The translations under genes were made by a program, and so were the position numbers. DNA of 64,000 nucleotides from Bdellovibrionales bacterium (GTDB taxonomy: Bacteria; Bdellovibrionota; Bdellovibrionia; Bdellovibrionales; Bdellovibrionaceae): positions 195,433 to 259,432 of the forward strand of contig JANMPT010000028.1 of the NCBI GenBank assembly GCA_031370005.1. Reading direction: 5' to 3'. The stretch's first letter is position 1. Each line of letters starts with the position of its first letter. Below, in pieces: positions 49,874 through 60,375 of the stretch. Below the pieces are notes generated by a model. It was not told the DNA's origin. It did not search any database and worked only from the letters and a program-made list of their open reading frames with translations.

Positions 49874-52434
49874 TTTCTTTACCTATTGATGATTTTCTCC
49901 TGCAAGCTCTCGAGTCATTAAAAAAGCTGCAAAATATTATTATCACTGCCGCGCCAGGAGCCGGTAAAACCACCCGCCTTCCTGCTTATTTAGCAAAAAA
50001 TGCGACGGGTAAAGTTTTAGTCCTTGAGCCGCGCCGAATGGCTGCCATTGCAGCTGCCTACCGTGTCTCAGAAGAACAAGCTTGGCCCTTAGGCGAAGAT
50101 GTGGGTTATCAAGTACGCTTTGCCAATAAGACCTCAGCAAAGACCAAGTTGATCTTTCTGACTGAGGCTTTGCTTGCGCGAAAACTCGCTCAAGATCCAG
50201 AGCTTCAAGGGGTCGAATACGTGGTTCTTGATGAGTTCCATGAAAGATCACTACATGTGGATTTAGCATTAGGACTTTTGCGCGAGCTACAAGACCTTGG
50301 CAGCACATTAAAAATTGTCGTGATGTCTGCGACCTTGGACTCAACTAAGATCTCTCAGTATCTGGGCGATGCCCCCATCTTAGACGTTCCTGGAAAGCTT
50401 TTTCCACTTGAAATAAAATATCAAAAAAATTCTCAGCAACTGCAAACCTCGCCGCATTTTTTTGAAAATGTCATCGCTCATATTAAAGATGCTGAGCGAA
50501 GCACCTCACATGATATATTGGTTTTCTTACCAGGCGCTGGAGAAATTAATCGCGCATCTCAACAGCTAGAACTCTGGAGCAACGAAAAACAAATTGAACT
50601 CGTCCCCCTCCATGGAAGTCTGCCATTGGATGCACAAAAAAAAGCGCTGCAAAAGGGCTCTCGCCGAAAGATTTTGCTTTCGACCAATATTGCTGAATCC
50701 TCTGTGACCATCGATGGCGTGGCCTGCGTGATTGATACTGGTCTTGCGAAAAATATGAGGTATGACTTGCGTACGGGATTTTCACGCTTGGAGCTCGGAC
50801 GCATTAGCAAGGCCTCCGCACAACAACGCGCTGGACGCGCCGCCCGACAATTTCCAGGGGTTTGCTATCGACTTTGGAATAAGCTCGATGAGAACTCGAT
50901 GCCAGGACATGATATTCCTGAAATTCTTCGCGCCGAACTCAGCGAGTGTTTATTGTTTTTAGCCGCTCAAGGCGTTAGTGATTTTAATTCATTTTCTTGG
51001 TTTGAAAAACCTGGGATTTTACCACAAAAAAAAGCCATCGAGAATTTACAAAGTCTTGGCGCCCTAGATCAGAAAAATCAAATCACGGACCTCGGCCGTA
51101 AGATTCTGCAATGGCCTCTACCACCACGTCTAGCAAAACTGATGTTAACAGCCATTGAGCTGACGATTCCAAGTCTTGGCGCAGATGTTGCGGCGCTTTT
51201 GCAAGAACGCGACTTTATGTTTAAACAAAGCTCCGAAAACTATTTAGCCGACCGCCATGAAAGCGATATTCTCTTGCGCCTCGAAATCCTTACCCAATAT
51301 CGCACAGCTCGAACTCACCACAACGCCCATCGCATGGCACTGCAAACCGTCGACCAGGCCTCAAAGCAGATTCTTAGCTCTGTGAACGCTGCCCACAACC
51401 AACCGAAGAGAGCCGATGTCTCCCAACTTCTACAAAAACTTCTGATATTATCCTTCCCGGACCGACTTTGCCGTCGACGAAGTCCAGGGAGTGACAAAGC
51501 ACTGATGGTTGGGGGCCGTGGTGTCCGCCTCTCTCCAGACAGTGTTGTAAAGGAAAGTGAGTTCTTCTTGGCACTCGACGGCGTTGAGACCACCCAAGGC
51601 AGTGAGACTCTAGTGAATTTGGGAGCCGGCTTTAACAAAGATTTTCTTTTTAAAGCCCTCGGCGCTGAAATTGAAAAGAAAAAAGATCTCACATTTGATA
51701 GAACCAAGGCGCAATTTTACGTTCGCGAAGGAAAGCACTTTCGCGATCTGCCTTTAGAGGAAGGCAGCGTCTCCATCGCCAAGACTAATGACATCAGTGA
51801 GCACTTGCCACAGGCTCTCACTCAAGAGTGGGATTGGGTCCTCAAAGAAAATGAAGAACTTTCCAGGTGGCTGCAACGTCTGTCCTTTTTGGTGCGCGCA
51901 AGAGCTAAAATTGCGAATGAGTTGATCCACAAAGAACTAGATCTCATAGATGAAAACTTGCCTTTTTCTGATGAACAAAAACGAGAGGCCTTCAATATGG
52001 CTTCCAGCGGAGAAAATGATTTTAAAACTGTGGCACGCAAAAACCTAGTTTACTTTTTCGAAGGTCTATTAAAAACTGAGGTACAGCATTTTCTAAAGTC
52101 AGAAGTGCCGGATAAATTGAAAGTTCCCAGCGGAAATTTTTTACAAGTTCAATACCCCATTGATCGAGATCCTTTTATGGAAGTACGGATTCAAGAAATC
52201 TTTGGCTGGATAGAGACACCGAAACTTTTAGGAGGAGCTCAGCCTCTCACCTTGCAACTATTAGGACCCAATTACCGGCCGATGCAAGTGACCAGCGATC
52301 TTAAGAGCTTTTGGCAGAGTGGCTACTCCGAAGTTCGAAAAGAACTACGGACTCGCTACCCCAAGCACTCCTGGCCGGAAGACCCCCTAACCGCTCCCGC
52401 TGTAGCGAAAGGCCGTTCGACAAAATTTATTTAA
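49870..52434 (+). CDS. hrpB: ATP-dependent helicase HrpB
   Basis: APGAGKTT, DEFHERS, SAT, QRAGRAAR, C-terminal RYPKHSWPEDP. Confidence 0.95.
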   Translation: MISLPIDDFLLQALESLKKLQNIIITAAPGAGKTTRLPAYLAKNATGKVLVLEPRRMAAIAAAYRVSEEQAWPLGEDVGYQVRFANKTSAKTKLIFLTEALLARKLAQDPELQGVEYVVLDEFHERSLHVDLALGLLRELQDLGSTLKIVVMSATLDSTKISQYLGDAPILDVPGKLFPLEIKYQKNSQQLQTSPHFFENVIAHIKDAERSTSHDILVFLPGAGEINRASQQLELWSNEKQIELVPLHGSLPLDAQKKALQKGSRRKILLSTNIAESSVTIDGVACVIDTGLAKNMRYDLRTGFSRLELGRISKASAQQRAGRAARQFPGVCYRLWNKLDENSMPGHDIPEILRAELSECLLFLAAQGVSDFNSFSWFEKPGILPQKKAIENLQSLGALDQKNQITDLGRKILQWPLPPRLAKLMLTAIELTIPSLGADVAALLQERDFMFKQSSENYLADRHESDILLRLEILTQYRTARTHHNAHRMALQTVDQASKQILSSVNAAHNQPKRADVSQLLQKLLILSFPDRLCRRRSPGSDKALMVGGRGVRLSPDSVVKESEFFLALDGVETTQGSETLVNLGAGFNKDFLFKALGAEIEKKKDLTFDRTKAQFYVREGKHFRDLPLEEGSVSIAKTNDISEHLPQALTQEWDWVLKENEELSRWLQRLSFLVRARAKIANELIHKELDLIDENLPFSDEQKREAFNMASSGENDFKTVARKNLVYFFEGLLKTEVQHFLKSEVPDKLKVPSGNFLQVQYPIDRDPFMEVRIQEIFGWIETPKLLGGAQPLTLQLLGPNYRPMQVTSDLKSFWQSGYSEVRKELRTRYPKHSWPEDPLTAPAVAKGRSTKFI

Positions 52435-52488
52435 TTTAAATGTCACACTCCACCATTCCCCTTCCTAGTACTATCTGAAAGAAGGCTT

Positions 52489-55400
52489 ATGTTAGATAAA
52501 ATCATTAAATATTCTTTAACTCACCGTCTACTAGTCACTGCATTTACTGCCCTAATCTTGGTTTACGGGACTTGGACTCTTGTTAACCTTCCAATAGATG
52601 TCTTTCCTGACCTAAATAGACCTACTGTTAATATTATGACCGAAGCCCCAGGCCTTGCCCCCGAGGAAGTTGAAACCCTCGTGACCTATCCCCTTGAAAC
52701 TGCACTGAATGGCTTACCAGGAGTCCAAAGGGTCCGCTCTAGCTCGGCAATTGGTCTTAGTATTATCTACGTAGAATTTGATTGGGGTACGGACATCTTT
52801 CGCAACCGACAAATGGTTCAAGAAAAAATTGCTTTAGCAAAGGAAAAATTGCCAAAGAATACAGCGCCAATTATGGGCCCTATCACTTCTATTATGGGTG
52901 AAATTCAGCTCATTGGTTTAAGCTCGCCTGACGGAAGTCAGACTCCTTTGGAGTTAAGAACTCTGGCTGATTGGACTCTGCGCCCCCGGCTCATGAGCAT
53001 TCCCGGCGTGACTCAAGTCATCTCAATAGGCGGCGGAGTCAGACAGTTTCAAATTCTGATTTCTGCTGAAAAACTTCAGAAATTCCAACTTGCCTTGGAC
53101 GATGTCGAACACAATCTTTCAGACCTAAGCATTAATTCGACTGGCGGCTTCATCAACATTGGTCCACAAGAATATTTAATTCGTAATATAGGCGCCGTCA
53201 GAGGAATTGATGATATTCTCAAGTCCTTCGTAGGCATGCACCTTGGCAGACCCGTCCTAGTCAAAGATGTCGCAACTGTTCAAGAAGGCCCTCAAATAAA
53301 GCGCGGCGATGCCAGCGTCAACGCCAAGGCGGCTGTCATCATGACGATCCAAAAACAGCCGGGCGCAAGCACTATTGGTCTAACAAAGGAAATAGACAAA
53401 GCACTCAAAGAACTATCAACGAGTCTCCCAAAGGGAGTCAAAGTTGAACCAAATCTTTTCAAACAATCTCGTTTCATTGAAAATTCTATTCACAACGTAA
53501 AAGAAGCTCTCGGTGATGGCGTTATTTTGGTTTTAATAGTGCTTTATTTATTCCTAATGAATTTTCGCACGACTGCAATTACTATGACGGCAATCCCACT
53601 CTCCTTTGTTTTAACAGCCATTGTCTTTAAAATATTTGGTCTCTCAGTTAACACCATGACTCTTGGAGGTTTGGCCGTCGCAATTGGCGAACTCGTCGAT
53701 GACTCCATTGTCGACGTTGAAAACGTGTATCGAAGATTGCGTGAAAATAAATTACTTGTAAAGCCAAAACACACATTGCTTGTAATCTATGAGGCATCCA
53801 GTGAGGTCAGAAACTCTATTGTTATTGCAACTCTAATAGTATGCCTTGTTTTTGTTCCCCTATTTAGCATGGGTGGAATTGAAGGGCGCCTATTTGCGCC
53901 ACTTGGAATTTCATATATAATTTCACTGCTTGCCTCGATGGTCGTTTCTTTAACGGTTACTCCCGTCCTTTGCTCTTACCTCCTCTCGAAAGCAGAGCTC
54001 CTAGAACACAAAGACGGCGCCTTGGTTCGCAAACTCAAAAACTGGGATCGCCATATTCTTGAAAAATCACTGAGCCATCCTAAGGCTGTTTTGGGTGTGA
54101 CGGTTGGTCTTTTCACTGGTGCACTTATCTTGACTGGATTTATAGGAAGAGACTTCTTACCACACTTCAATGAAGGAACTGCAACAATCACAGTCGTTGC
54201 AACTCCCGGAATCTCCCTGGATGAATCCAATAAATTAGGACAAAAAGCCGAAGAACTCATCATGAAAAGTCCCGAAGTGATTTCTGTTTCACGCCGAACG
54301 GGACGAGCCGAGCAGGATGAACATGCTGAAGGAGTTCACTATTCAGAGATCGATGTCGACTTTAAAGAAAGTGGTCGCCCGAGAACACAAGTTCTTACCG
54401 AGATTCGAAGTAATCTTTCCCAACTACAAAATGTCGCAGTTAATGTTGGGCAGCCCATCTCCCATCGCCTAGATCATCTTTTATCTGGCGTTAAGGCACA
54501 AATTGCCATCAAAGTATTCGGGCCCGATCTTTCCACGCTTCGAGCAAAGGCTAGTGAAATACAGTCGGCACTCAAAAATACCCCAGGCCTTGTGGATCTT
54601 CAGACAGAGCAGCAAGTTTTAATACCTCAAGTTAAGGTGCAACTCCAAAGAGAAGAAGCCTCAAAGTACGGCGTGTCTGTTGGAGACCTTTCTCAACTCT
54701 TGGAAAAGTCCCTACAGGGGGAGGTTGTTGGGCAAATTTTAGAAGGGCAAAAAACTATCGACGCCTTCATGCGTTTTGACGAGAAATCCAGATCAGACTT
54801 GGATCTTATTAAAAAGACTCCACTAAAAACTCTTCCCGATGGAACTAAAGTCCGTGTTGATATGGTTGCGGATGTCTATGAAACTTCCGGACCAAATATC
54901 ATAAATAGAGAAAATGCTCAGCGCCGAATCGTAGTTCAAGCAAACTCCTCAGACCGTGACCTTGAGAGTCTTATGGAGGAGGTTCAAAGGCGTGTACACG
55001 AAAAGGTAGCGCTTCCACCGGGGTACTTTATTAATTACGGAGGCCAGTTTGAAAACCAACAACAAGCCTCAAGGCTGATGATTTTCCTCGGCTTCTTTTC
55101 TCTTGCTTCGATCTTCATATTGCTTTATGTACACTTCAAAAGCAGTTTTATTTCACTGCAAGTAATGCTTAACATACCGATGGCATTTATTGGTGGAGTT
55201 GTTGCCATAGCGATCACTGATGGAACCATTAGCATTGCTAGCCTTGTCGCCTTCGTCACACTTTGCGGTATTGCCTCTCGAAATGGCATTATGATGATCT
55301 CCCATTATCTTCATCTCATGAAGCATGAGGGCGAAAATTTTTCTAAAGAAATGGTGATCCGAGGCTCCTTGGAAAGGCTTATTCCAGTTTTAATGACAGC

Positions 55401-55617
55401 ATTAACTGCTATTCTTGGGCTTTTACCTCTAGTATTATCGCAGGGAGAACCTGGAAAAGAAATTCTCCATCCCGTTGCCATTGTTATTGTCGGAGGACTC
55501 ATCAGCAGCACTCTTTTAGATATGTTTGTAACGCCGACAGTTTTTTACCACTTCGGAAAAAATTCTGCGGAAAAAAGTTTAAAAAAATCGGAAGAACAAA
55601 ATATTTTTAACTCGTAG
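52489..55617 (+). CDS. Heavy-metal efflux RND permease, CusA/CzcA family
   Basis: LPIDVFPDL, APEEVE, GELVDDSIVDVEN, ERLIPVLMTAL; 1042 aa. Confidence 0.93.
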   Translation: MLDKIIKYSLTHRLLVTAFTALILVYGTWTLVNLPIDVFPDLNRPTVNIMTEAPGLAPEEVETLVTYPLETALNGLPGVQRVRSSSAIGLSIIYVEFDWGTDIFRNRQMVQEKIALAKEKLPKNTAPIMGPITSIMGEIQLIGLSSPDGSQTPLELRTLADWTLRPRLMSIPGVTQVISIGGGVRQFQILISAEKLQKFQLALDDVEHNLSDLSINSTGGFINIGPQEYLIRNIGAVRGIDDILKSFVGMHLGRPVLVKDVATVQEGPQIKRGDASVNAKAAVIMTIQKQPGASTIGLTKEIDKALKELSTSLPKGVKVEPNLFKQSRFIENSIHNVKEALGDGVILVLIVLYLFLMNFRTTAITMTAIPLSFVLTAIVFKIFGLSVNTMTLGGLAVAIGELVDDSIVDVENVYRRLRENKLLVKPKHTLLVIYEASSEVRNSIVIATLIVCLVFVPLFSMGGIEGRLFAPLGISYIISLLASMVVSLTVTPVLCSYLLSKAELLEHKDGALVRKLKNWDRHILEKSLSHPKAVLGVTVGLFTGALILTGFIGRDFLPHFNEGTATITVVATPGISLDESNKLGQKAEELIMKSPEVISVSRRTGRAEQDEHAEGVHYSEIDVDFKESGRPRTQVLTEIRSNLSQLQNVAVNVGQPISHRLDHLLSGVKAQIAIKVFGPDLSTLRAKASEIQSALKNTPGLVDLQTEQQVLIPQVKVQLQREEASKYGVSVGDLSQLLEKSLQGEVVGQILEGQKTIDAFMRFDEKSRSDLDLIKKTPLKTLPDGTKVRVDMVADVYETSGPNIINRENAQRRIVVQANSSDRDLESLMEEVQRRVHEKVALPPGYFINYGGQFENQQQASRLMIFLGFFSLASIFILLYVHFKSSFISLQVMLNIPMAFIGGVVAIAITDGTISIASLVAFVTLCGIASRNGIMMISHYLHLMKHEGENFSKEMVIRGSLERLIPVLMTALTAILGLLPLVLSQGEPGKEILHPVAIVIVGGLISSTLLDMFVTPTVFYHFGKNSAEKSLKKSEEQNIFNS

Positions 55618-55650
55618 AAAACTCAACTCATAGAACAGAAGGAAAAAACA

Positions 55651-56043
55651 ATGAAATTAAAATTTTTTATAATCGCAAGTATATTCGCTTCAACAGGGGT
55701 CTTGGCTCACGAAGGACATGATGATATTCCTGGGCAAATCAAAGCCCTCCATGGAGGAGTTGTTAAATCAGGGAAAAATATAAATATGGAAATGCTAGTT
55801 ACAAATGGTTCTGTCCAGTTTTACCCACTTGCACACTCAGGGGAGGATCTCAAGATCAGTGAGGTAAAACTAAGCGGCAGCTCCAAGACACCCAAAGGAA
55901 AATCGGAGACTTTAAATTTCTCAAGTGATGCTAAGTCAATTTCTACAAAAATAAATTTTAAAGACGCGTATCGTACAGATCTTGAAATCAAAGCTCAATA
56001 TAAAGGAAAAGCAGACAACTTCAAATTCTTAGTGGAGAAATAA
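55651..56043 (+). CDS. Small periplasmic protein, likely metal-binding
   Basis: Signal peptide ending VLA, mature N-terminus HEGHDD...ALHGG. Confidence 0.65.
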   Translation: MKLKFFIIASIFASTGVLAHEGHDDIPGQIKALHGGVVKSGKNINMEMLVTNGSVQFYPLAHSGEDLKISEVKLSGSSKTPKGKSETLNFSSDAKSISTKINFKDAYRTDLEIKAQYKGKADNFKFLVEK

Positions 56044-56045
56044 CC

Positions 56046-57284
56046 ATGAAGATGACGTCGCTTTTTGTTTTAACAAATATGTTCGTTTTCGGTGCGCCAC
56101 TCTCATGGGCACTAAGTGAGAGTCCTTCACTGGGGACTCTCGAAAGAAAATTACTAGCCAATAACCAGCAAATTCATTTTTTAGAATCGAAGGTGAAAGC
56201 GCAAAAAGCAACTATACGGTCTCAGCTTGGAAATTTTCTACCGCAAATTTCTATTATTGGTGGTTATGGTGAGAATCAAACTATGACTGAAACTGACAAA
56301 GGATATTTGGGATATGTTAACGGTACGTGGAATCTCTTTAAAGGAGGCAATGATTTTTATATAAAAAATATCGCCAAGAAGGAGTACGAAATTTCTCAGC
56401 TTGAGCTCGATCATAAAAATCGGGCTCTGCGTCGTCAACTCAGAGAAATTTACTATACAATACTTGGTAGCAAGAAGGCTCTCGCCCTTCTTGCTGAAAA
56501 AACCAGTTTCCTAAAGCAGCAGCGCCAAATGGCGCAAAAAAAGATCCAAGCGGGCCTTACATCAAGTGTGGACGGGGTTGAAATTGATCTTGAAGAAAAC
56601 AATATCTTTACCGAGCAGGAATCTATAAAGGCAGAGATCACAAGACTCCAAGCCGATCTTAAAAATCTACTTAATGAAGCAGTGGAAGATAGTTATGTAC
56701 CTGTTTCTGATGCCTTTTACACTGTACAATCAAAAATTGATGTTAAGGACGTTCTTGCCAACAACCCCTTACTAAAAAAACAAGAGCGGCAAGAGGAAAT
56801 CTCGCAGGAACGGGTATCTCAAAGTCGATCAGAATTTCTTCCAAGAATCAACCTCGAGGCGAGTTACGGAAAAATTACTCCTGAGTACAGGGATCCCCTT
56901 CGAGGAACTGAGAGTAAGATTTCCCTACTCCTAAGCTGGAACCTCTTTGCTGGCATGTCTAGTTACTACAAAAATCAGGCGGCCACTTCTGAAGCGCTTG
57001 CTCAAGGTTTCGACAGGAAAAACTTTCATCTTGAGATACAGAAGGATTTAGAAAATTTAATCACCACTAGAAATAATTTTTTTGTACTCAAAACTTATCA
57101 AGAGCAAAAGCTCAGCTTTGCAAAGAAGTATTACGAAATGACCTTGTCAGAATATAAGCGGGGGATTAAAAATTCATCAGATCTCCAGATAGCAACCTCG
57201 TCATTGTTTGAGACTCGCCGCAAGTTAATTGAACTTGACCGTGACATCAGTATTACAAATGCACGAGTCAATGAGCTTATTTAA
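56046..57284 (+). CDS. TolC-family outer membrane efflux protein
   Basis: Duplicated FLPxI...WNLF halves with helical heptads; 412 aa. Confidence 0.85.
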   Translation: MKMTSLFVLTNMFVFGAPLSWALSESPSLGTLERKLLANNQQIHFLESKVKAQKATIRSQLGNFLPQISIIGGYGENQTMTETDKGYLGYVNGTWNLFKGGNDFYIKNIAKKEYEISQLELDHKNRALRRQLREIYYTILGSKKALALLAEKTSFLKQQRQMAQKKIQAGLTSSVDGVEIDLEENNIFTEQESIKAEITRLQADLKNLLNEAVEDSYVPVSDAFYTVQSKIDVKDVLANNPLLKKQERQEEISQERVSQSRSEFLPRINLEASYGKITPEYRDPLRGTESKISLLLSWNLFAGMSSYYKNQAATSEALAQGFDRKNFHLEIQKDLENLITTRNNFFVLKTYQEQKLSFAKKYYEMTLSEYKRGIKNSSDLQIATSSLFETRRKLIELDRDISITNARVNELI

Positions 57285-57314
57285 AAGCTCATCAAAACCA
57301 AGGAATGAAAAACT

Positions 57315-58355
57315 ATGTCAGGAATTGTATTTGCATTAATCGCAGCACTCCTTTTCGGAGCTAGCACACCTCTTGCTAAACTGCTTATTGCAGAAGTGGA
57401 TCCGTGGACCTTAGCTGGAATTTTATATTTTGGCGCTGGAATAGGACTCTTATTTGTTTTGGCCTTTAGGCACCTGCGCACCAGAACGCCACTGCGATTC
57501 CCTAATAAAAAAGACTTTCTCTGGCTCCTTGGTGCTACCCTGTTTGGCGGCGTTTTAGGCCCTGTTCTACTCATGACCGGGCTAAACTCTTCCCCTGCGG
57601 CAAGCGCTTCTCTTTTGTTAAATCTAGAAGGCGTTCTCACTTCAGTTTTGGCTTGGGTTGTATTTCGCGAACACTACGATAAAAGAATCGTCCTTGGAAT
57701 GCTTTTTATAGTTGTGGGCGGAGTCTTTCTTTCCTGGGCTCCCGGAGCAAACTTCTCTATTTCCGTTGGTTCTCTTTTTATAATTGCCGCTTGTTTTTGT
57801 TGGGCAATTGACAACAACCTTACTCGAAATATCTCCGCAAACGATGCGGTTCTGATCACGACTATAAAAAGCTTGATTGCCGGCAGCACAAACTTAGCTC
57901 TGGCTTTATACGTTGGAAAAAGCCTCCCCTCACTTTTAAATATTACTTACGGGGCCATTCTTGGGTTTTTTGGTTATGGGTTAAGCATCGTTTGTTTTGT
58001 TCTTTCGTTGCGTGCCATTGGTACCTCGCGAACTGGCGCATACTTTTCCGCTGCCCCATTTGCCGGCGCAATCTTGTCATTATTCATCTTTAAAAACGAA
58101 GTGTCGTTGCAATTATTAATATCTGGTGTGCTTATGGGTCTTGGTGTTTGGCTTCACATTAGCGAAGTGCATGATCATACCCATGAGCATATGCCGATGA
58201 CTCACAATCATGAGCATATCCACGATGAGCACCATCAGCACGAACACTTGCCCTTGGATCCTCCCGGCGACAAACATACTCACACCCATCGTCATGAGAA
58301 AATGAGCCATAAGCATCCACACTTTCCGGAAATTCATCACAGACATGAGCATTAA
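57315..58355 (+). CDS. EamA/DMT transporter with His-rich C-terminal tail
   Basis: About 10 TM; FGASTPLAK, WAIDNNLTR; 23 His in the last ~61 aa. Confidence 0.9.
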   Translation: MSGIVFALIAALLFGASTPLAKLLIAEVDPWTLAGILYFGAGIGLLFVLAFRHLRTRTPLRFPNKKDFLWLLGATLFGGVLGPVLLMTGLNSSPAASASLLLNLEGVLTSVLAWVVFREHYDKRIVLGMLFIVVGGVFLSWAPGANFSISVGSLFIIAACFCWAIDNNLTRNISANDAVLITTIKSLIAGSTNLALALYVGKSLPSLLNITYGAILGFFGYGLSIVCFVLSLRAIGTSRTGAYFSAAPFAGAILSLFIFKNEVSLQLLISGVLMGLGVWLHISEVHDHTHEHMPMTHNHEHIHDEHHQHEHLPLDPPGDKHTHTHRHEKMSHKHPHFPEIHHRHEH

Positions 58356-58450
58356 CAAAAAAAATAAACATTAGAGCTTTTTATTCATTCGGTTATCTAT
58401 TATATTTGATCGTCTAATGAAAGTCTCAGCACTTTCAGAACAAGGTGATT

Positions 58451-59089
58451 ATGACTGAAAAAGTAAAACCTCTTCTTCGCGGACATTTTCATCAGGCGGG
58501 CTTTTTCATAGCCCTCGGAGCCAGCGGAGTCTTAATAGCCACAGCTCATGGACTTTATGCACGACTCGTCTTCTTAGTGTATAGTCTTAGTCTTTGTGGA
58601 ATGTTTGCCATCAGTGGCCTTTATCATCGCATTAATTGGCAACCAATAGCACGAGCCTGGTGGCGTCGCCTTGACCATTCTGCTATTTTTATTTTGATTG
58701 CAGGAACTGGCACACCCATATGCCTTCTCGGAATGAGCGGAGAAGCTGGTCTGCACCTTTTCTGGATCTTTTGGACTATGGCAATCGCCGGCGTTTTCAA
58801 AGAACTGTTTTGGTTAAGAGCTCCCAGATGGATTTCGGTCGTTTTTTATTTAATAATGGGTTGGGCAGCGCTCCCTTATCTTCCGGAGATGAGCAAATCC
58901 CTGGGAACTGCAAATGTTTTTCTCATGATCGCGGGCGGAGTTCTTTATACTGTAGGCGCTGTGATCTATGCTATAAAAAAACCAAATCCAATACCAAAAA
59001 TATTTAGCTATCATGAGGTTTTCCATCTCCTCGTAATGATTGCGGCACTACTGCATTTCATTGTAATTTACCAGCTAGTAACAGCCTGA
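58451..59089 (+). CDS. Hemolysin III / PAQR family membrane protein
   Basis: SGLYH, RRLDHSAIFILIAGT, YHEVFHLLV. Confidence 0.92.
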   Translation: MTEKVKPLLRGHFHQAGFFIALGASGVLIATAHGLYARLVFLVYSLSLCGMFAISGLYHRINWQPIARAWWRRLDHSAIFILIAGTGTPICLLGMSGEAGLHLFWIFWTMAIAGVFKELFWLRAPRWISVVFYLIMGWAALPYLPEMSKSLGTANVFLMIAGGVLYTVGAVIYAIKKPNPIPKIFSYHEVFHLLVMIAALLHFIVIYQLVTA

Positions 59090-59144
59090 CATTCTGACCT
59101 AGCTCTTGAGCCTGTCTCAGAATAATACAAGACCCGAGAAAAAC

Positions 59145-59172
59145 TAAAGTACAATGATGAAACATTCGATAG
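59145..59172 (+). promoter_or_regulatory. Putative sigma28 promoter, leaderless
   Basis: TAAAG-N15-TTCGATAG-N6-ATG. Confidence 0.5.
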
Positions 59173-59178
59173 AGCTTC

Positions 59179-60375
59179 ATGAAGCTTCCAATTCTTATTG
59201 TCCTACTGTTTTTAACGTCTATTGCTTTTGCAAACAATAAGGTTTATTTAGATATTGAAGATGGTCAAATTGTGTCTGTCTTCAATAAGTCAGGCCAGAA
59301 CTGGAAAACCTGCGCCGATGATCCACAATGCCATCCTATCGCATGGCCAGATAATACGGCCTCTCTTGTTACCCTCTCCCCAACTCAAAAAATCAAAGCT
59401 AAGGATCCCTATACTGGAGAAATGAAACTAGAGGAGTATGTCTTAATTGAATATCAGTATCAAAGAATGGTGAAAGGCAAAGCTTATAACAAAGCAGGAC
59501 AAGGCTGGATCGACGCCGCCTATCTTTCAAAATCAAAAAAAATGAGCTTCTTCAGCGAGGGATCTCCGACTCAAAACAGAAAAAAATACTGTCCTTCTAA
59601 GGGTGTAACTAAGCCACTCACTGAAGACCTGGTTTCAGTGCAAAAAGCCATTGCAAATAAAAACGTAAAAGATACCGCTATGGCCCTAAGCCCTTCTGTC
59701 GGATATTGTGCCATCAATCCAAAAAAATCACCAGCAAGTTACGCCAGCGGCAATGTTTACGATAACTACGTTCTTCCTCAAATAAGAAAACAAAAAGTTC
59801 CAAATGTGATCAAAGAAAACGGTCAAGCCATGAGTACTCAAGACCTTATTGACGTCGACTCACTTGCAAGAACAATCTATGGAGAGATGGCCGGGTGTTT
59901 TAAGCATGGCCTTCAATATCCAGTGACAGTTGCCAAAGTCGCATTTAACAGAGCAAGAACTCCGGATCGAGAAGGTGAATTTATACGCGGGCCTCATAGC
60001 AACTACAAAGGAGCTCTTGCCAAGGTAGTTACATCCGCAAGCCAGTTTTCTCTATGGAGAATTGAAATTAGTGGAAAGCCCAATAACAGCGTGAAAATGG
60101 CGCTTTGCCCACCATCTAACAGACTAAAACCATCTTGGCAGGGTTATCCACCCTCTCAAGATGAACAAGAGATTTGGGGAAATACTCTGCGTATCGCCAC
60201 TGAGGCGGTTCTCTTTCCGAAAAAGTTTATGGCCAGAACCAAGCAGATATCCGAACTTCACTATACCTCGGGCCTTAACTCTTTCCATGGCATGAAACAG
60301 GCTTTCCCATGGATCGAGGATCATCAAGTCTCTCGAAATGCATGCGTTCAGGTCTGGAAAGAAAAGAGATCTTAG
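59179..60375 (+). CDS. Secreted protein with SleB/Hydrolase_2-like cell wall hydrolase domain
   Basis: Signal peptide ending AFA; GWIDAAYL (SH3-like end); LARTIYGEM, VAKVAFNRA, SQFSLW, LHY. Confidence 0.65.
   Translation: MKLPILIVLLFLTSIAFANNKVYLDIEDGQIVSVFNKSGQNWKTCADDPQCHPIAWPDNTASLVTLSPTQKIKAKDPYTGEMKLEEYVLIEYQYQRMVKGKAYNKAGQGWIDAAYLSKSKKMSFFSEGSPTQNRKKYCPSKGVTKPLTEDLVSVQKAIANKNVKDTAMALSPSVGYCAINPKKSPASYASGNVYDNYVLPQIRKQKVPNVIKENGQAMSTQDLIDVDSLARTIYGEMAGCFKHGLQYPVTVAKVAFNRARTPDREGEFIRGPHSNYKGALAKVVTSASQFSLWRIEISGKPNNSVKMALCPPSNRLKPSWQGYPPSQDEQEIWGNTLRIATEAVLFPKKFMARTKQISELHYTSGLNSFHGMKQAFPWIEDHQVSRNACVQVWKEKRS

Noticed and set aside
52435..58444. Metal-efflux locus as a mobile island
   Set aside because: No transposase, integrase or flanking repeats; I cannot measure a compositional shift reliably by eye.
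58399..58444. Inverted repeat TGAAAGT-N6-ACTTTCA upstream of the hemolysin III gene
   Set aside because: Single 7-bp repeat with no second copy or nearby regulator; cannot tell operator from chance.
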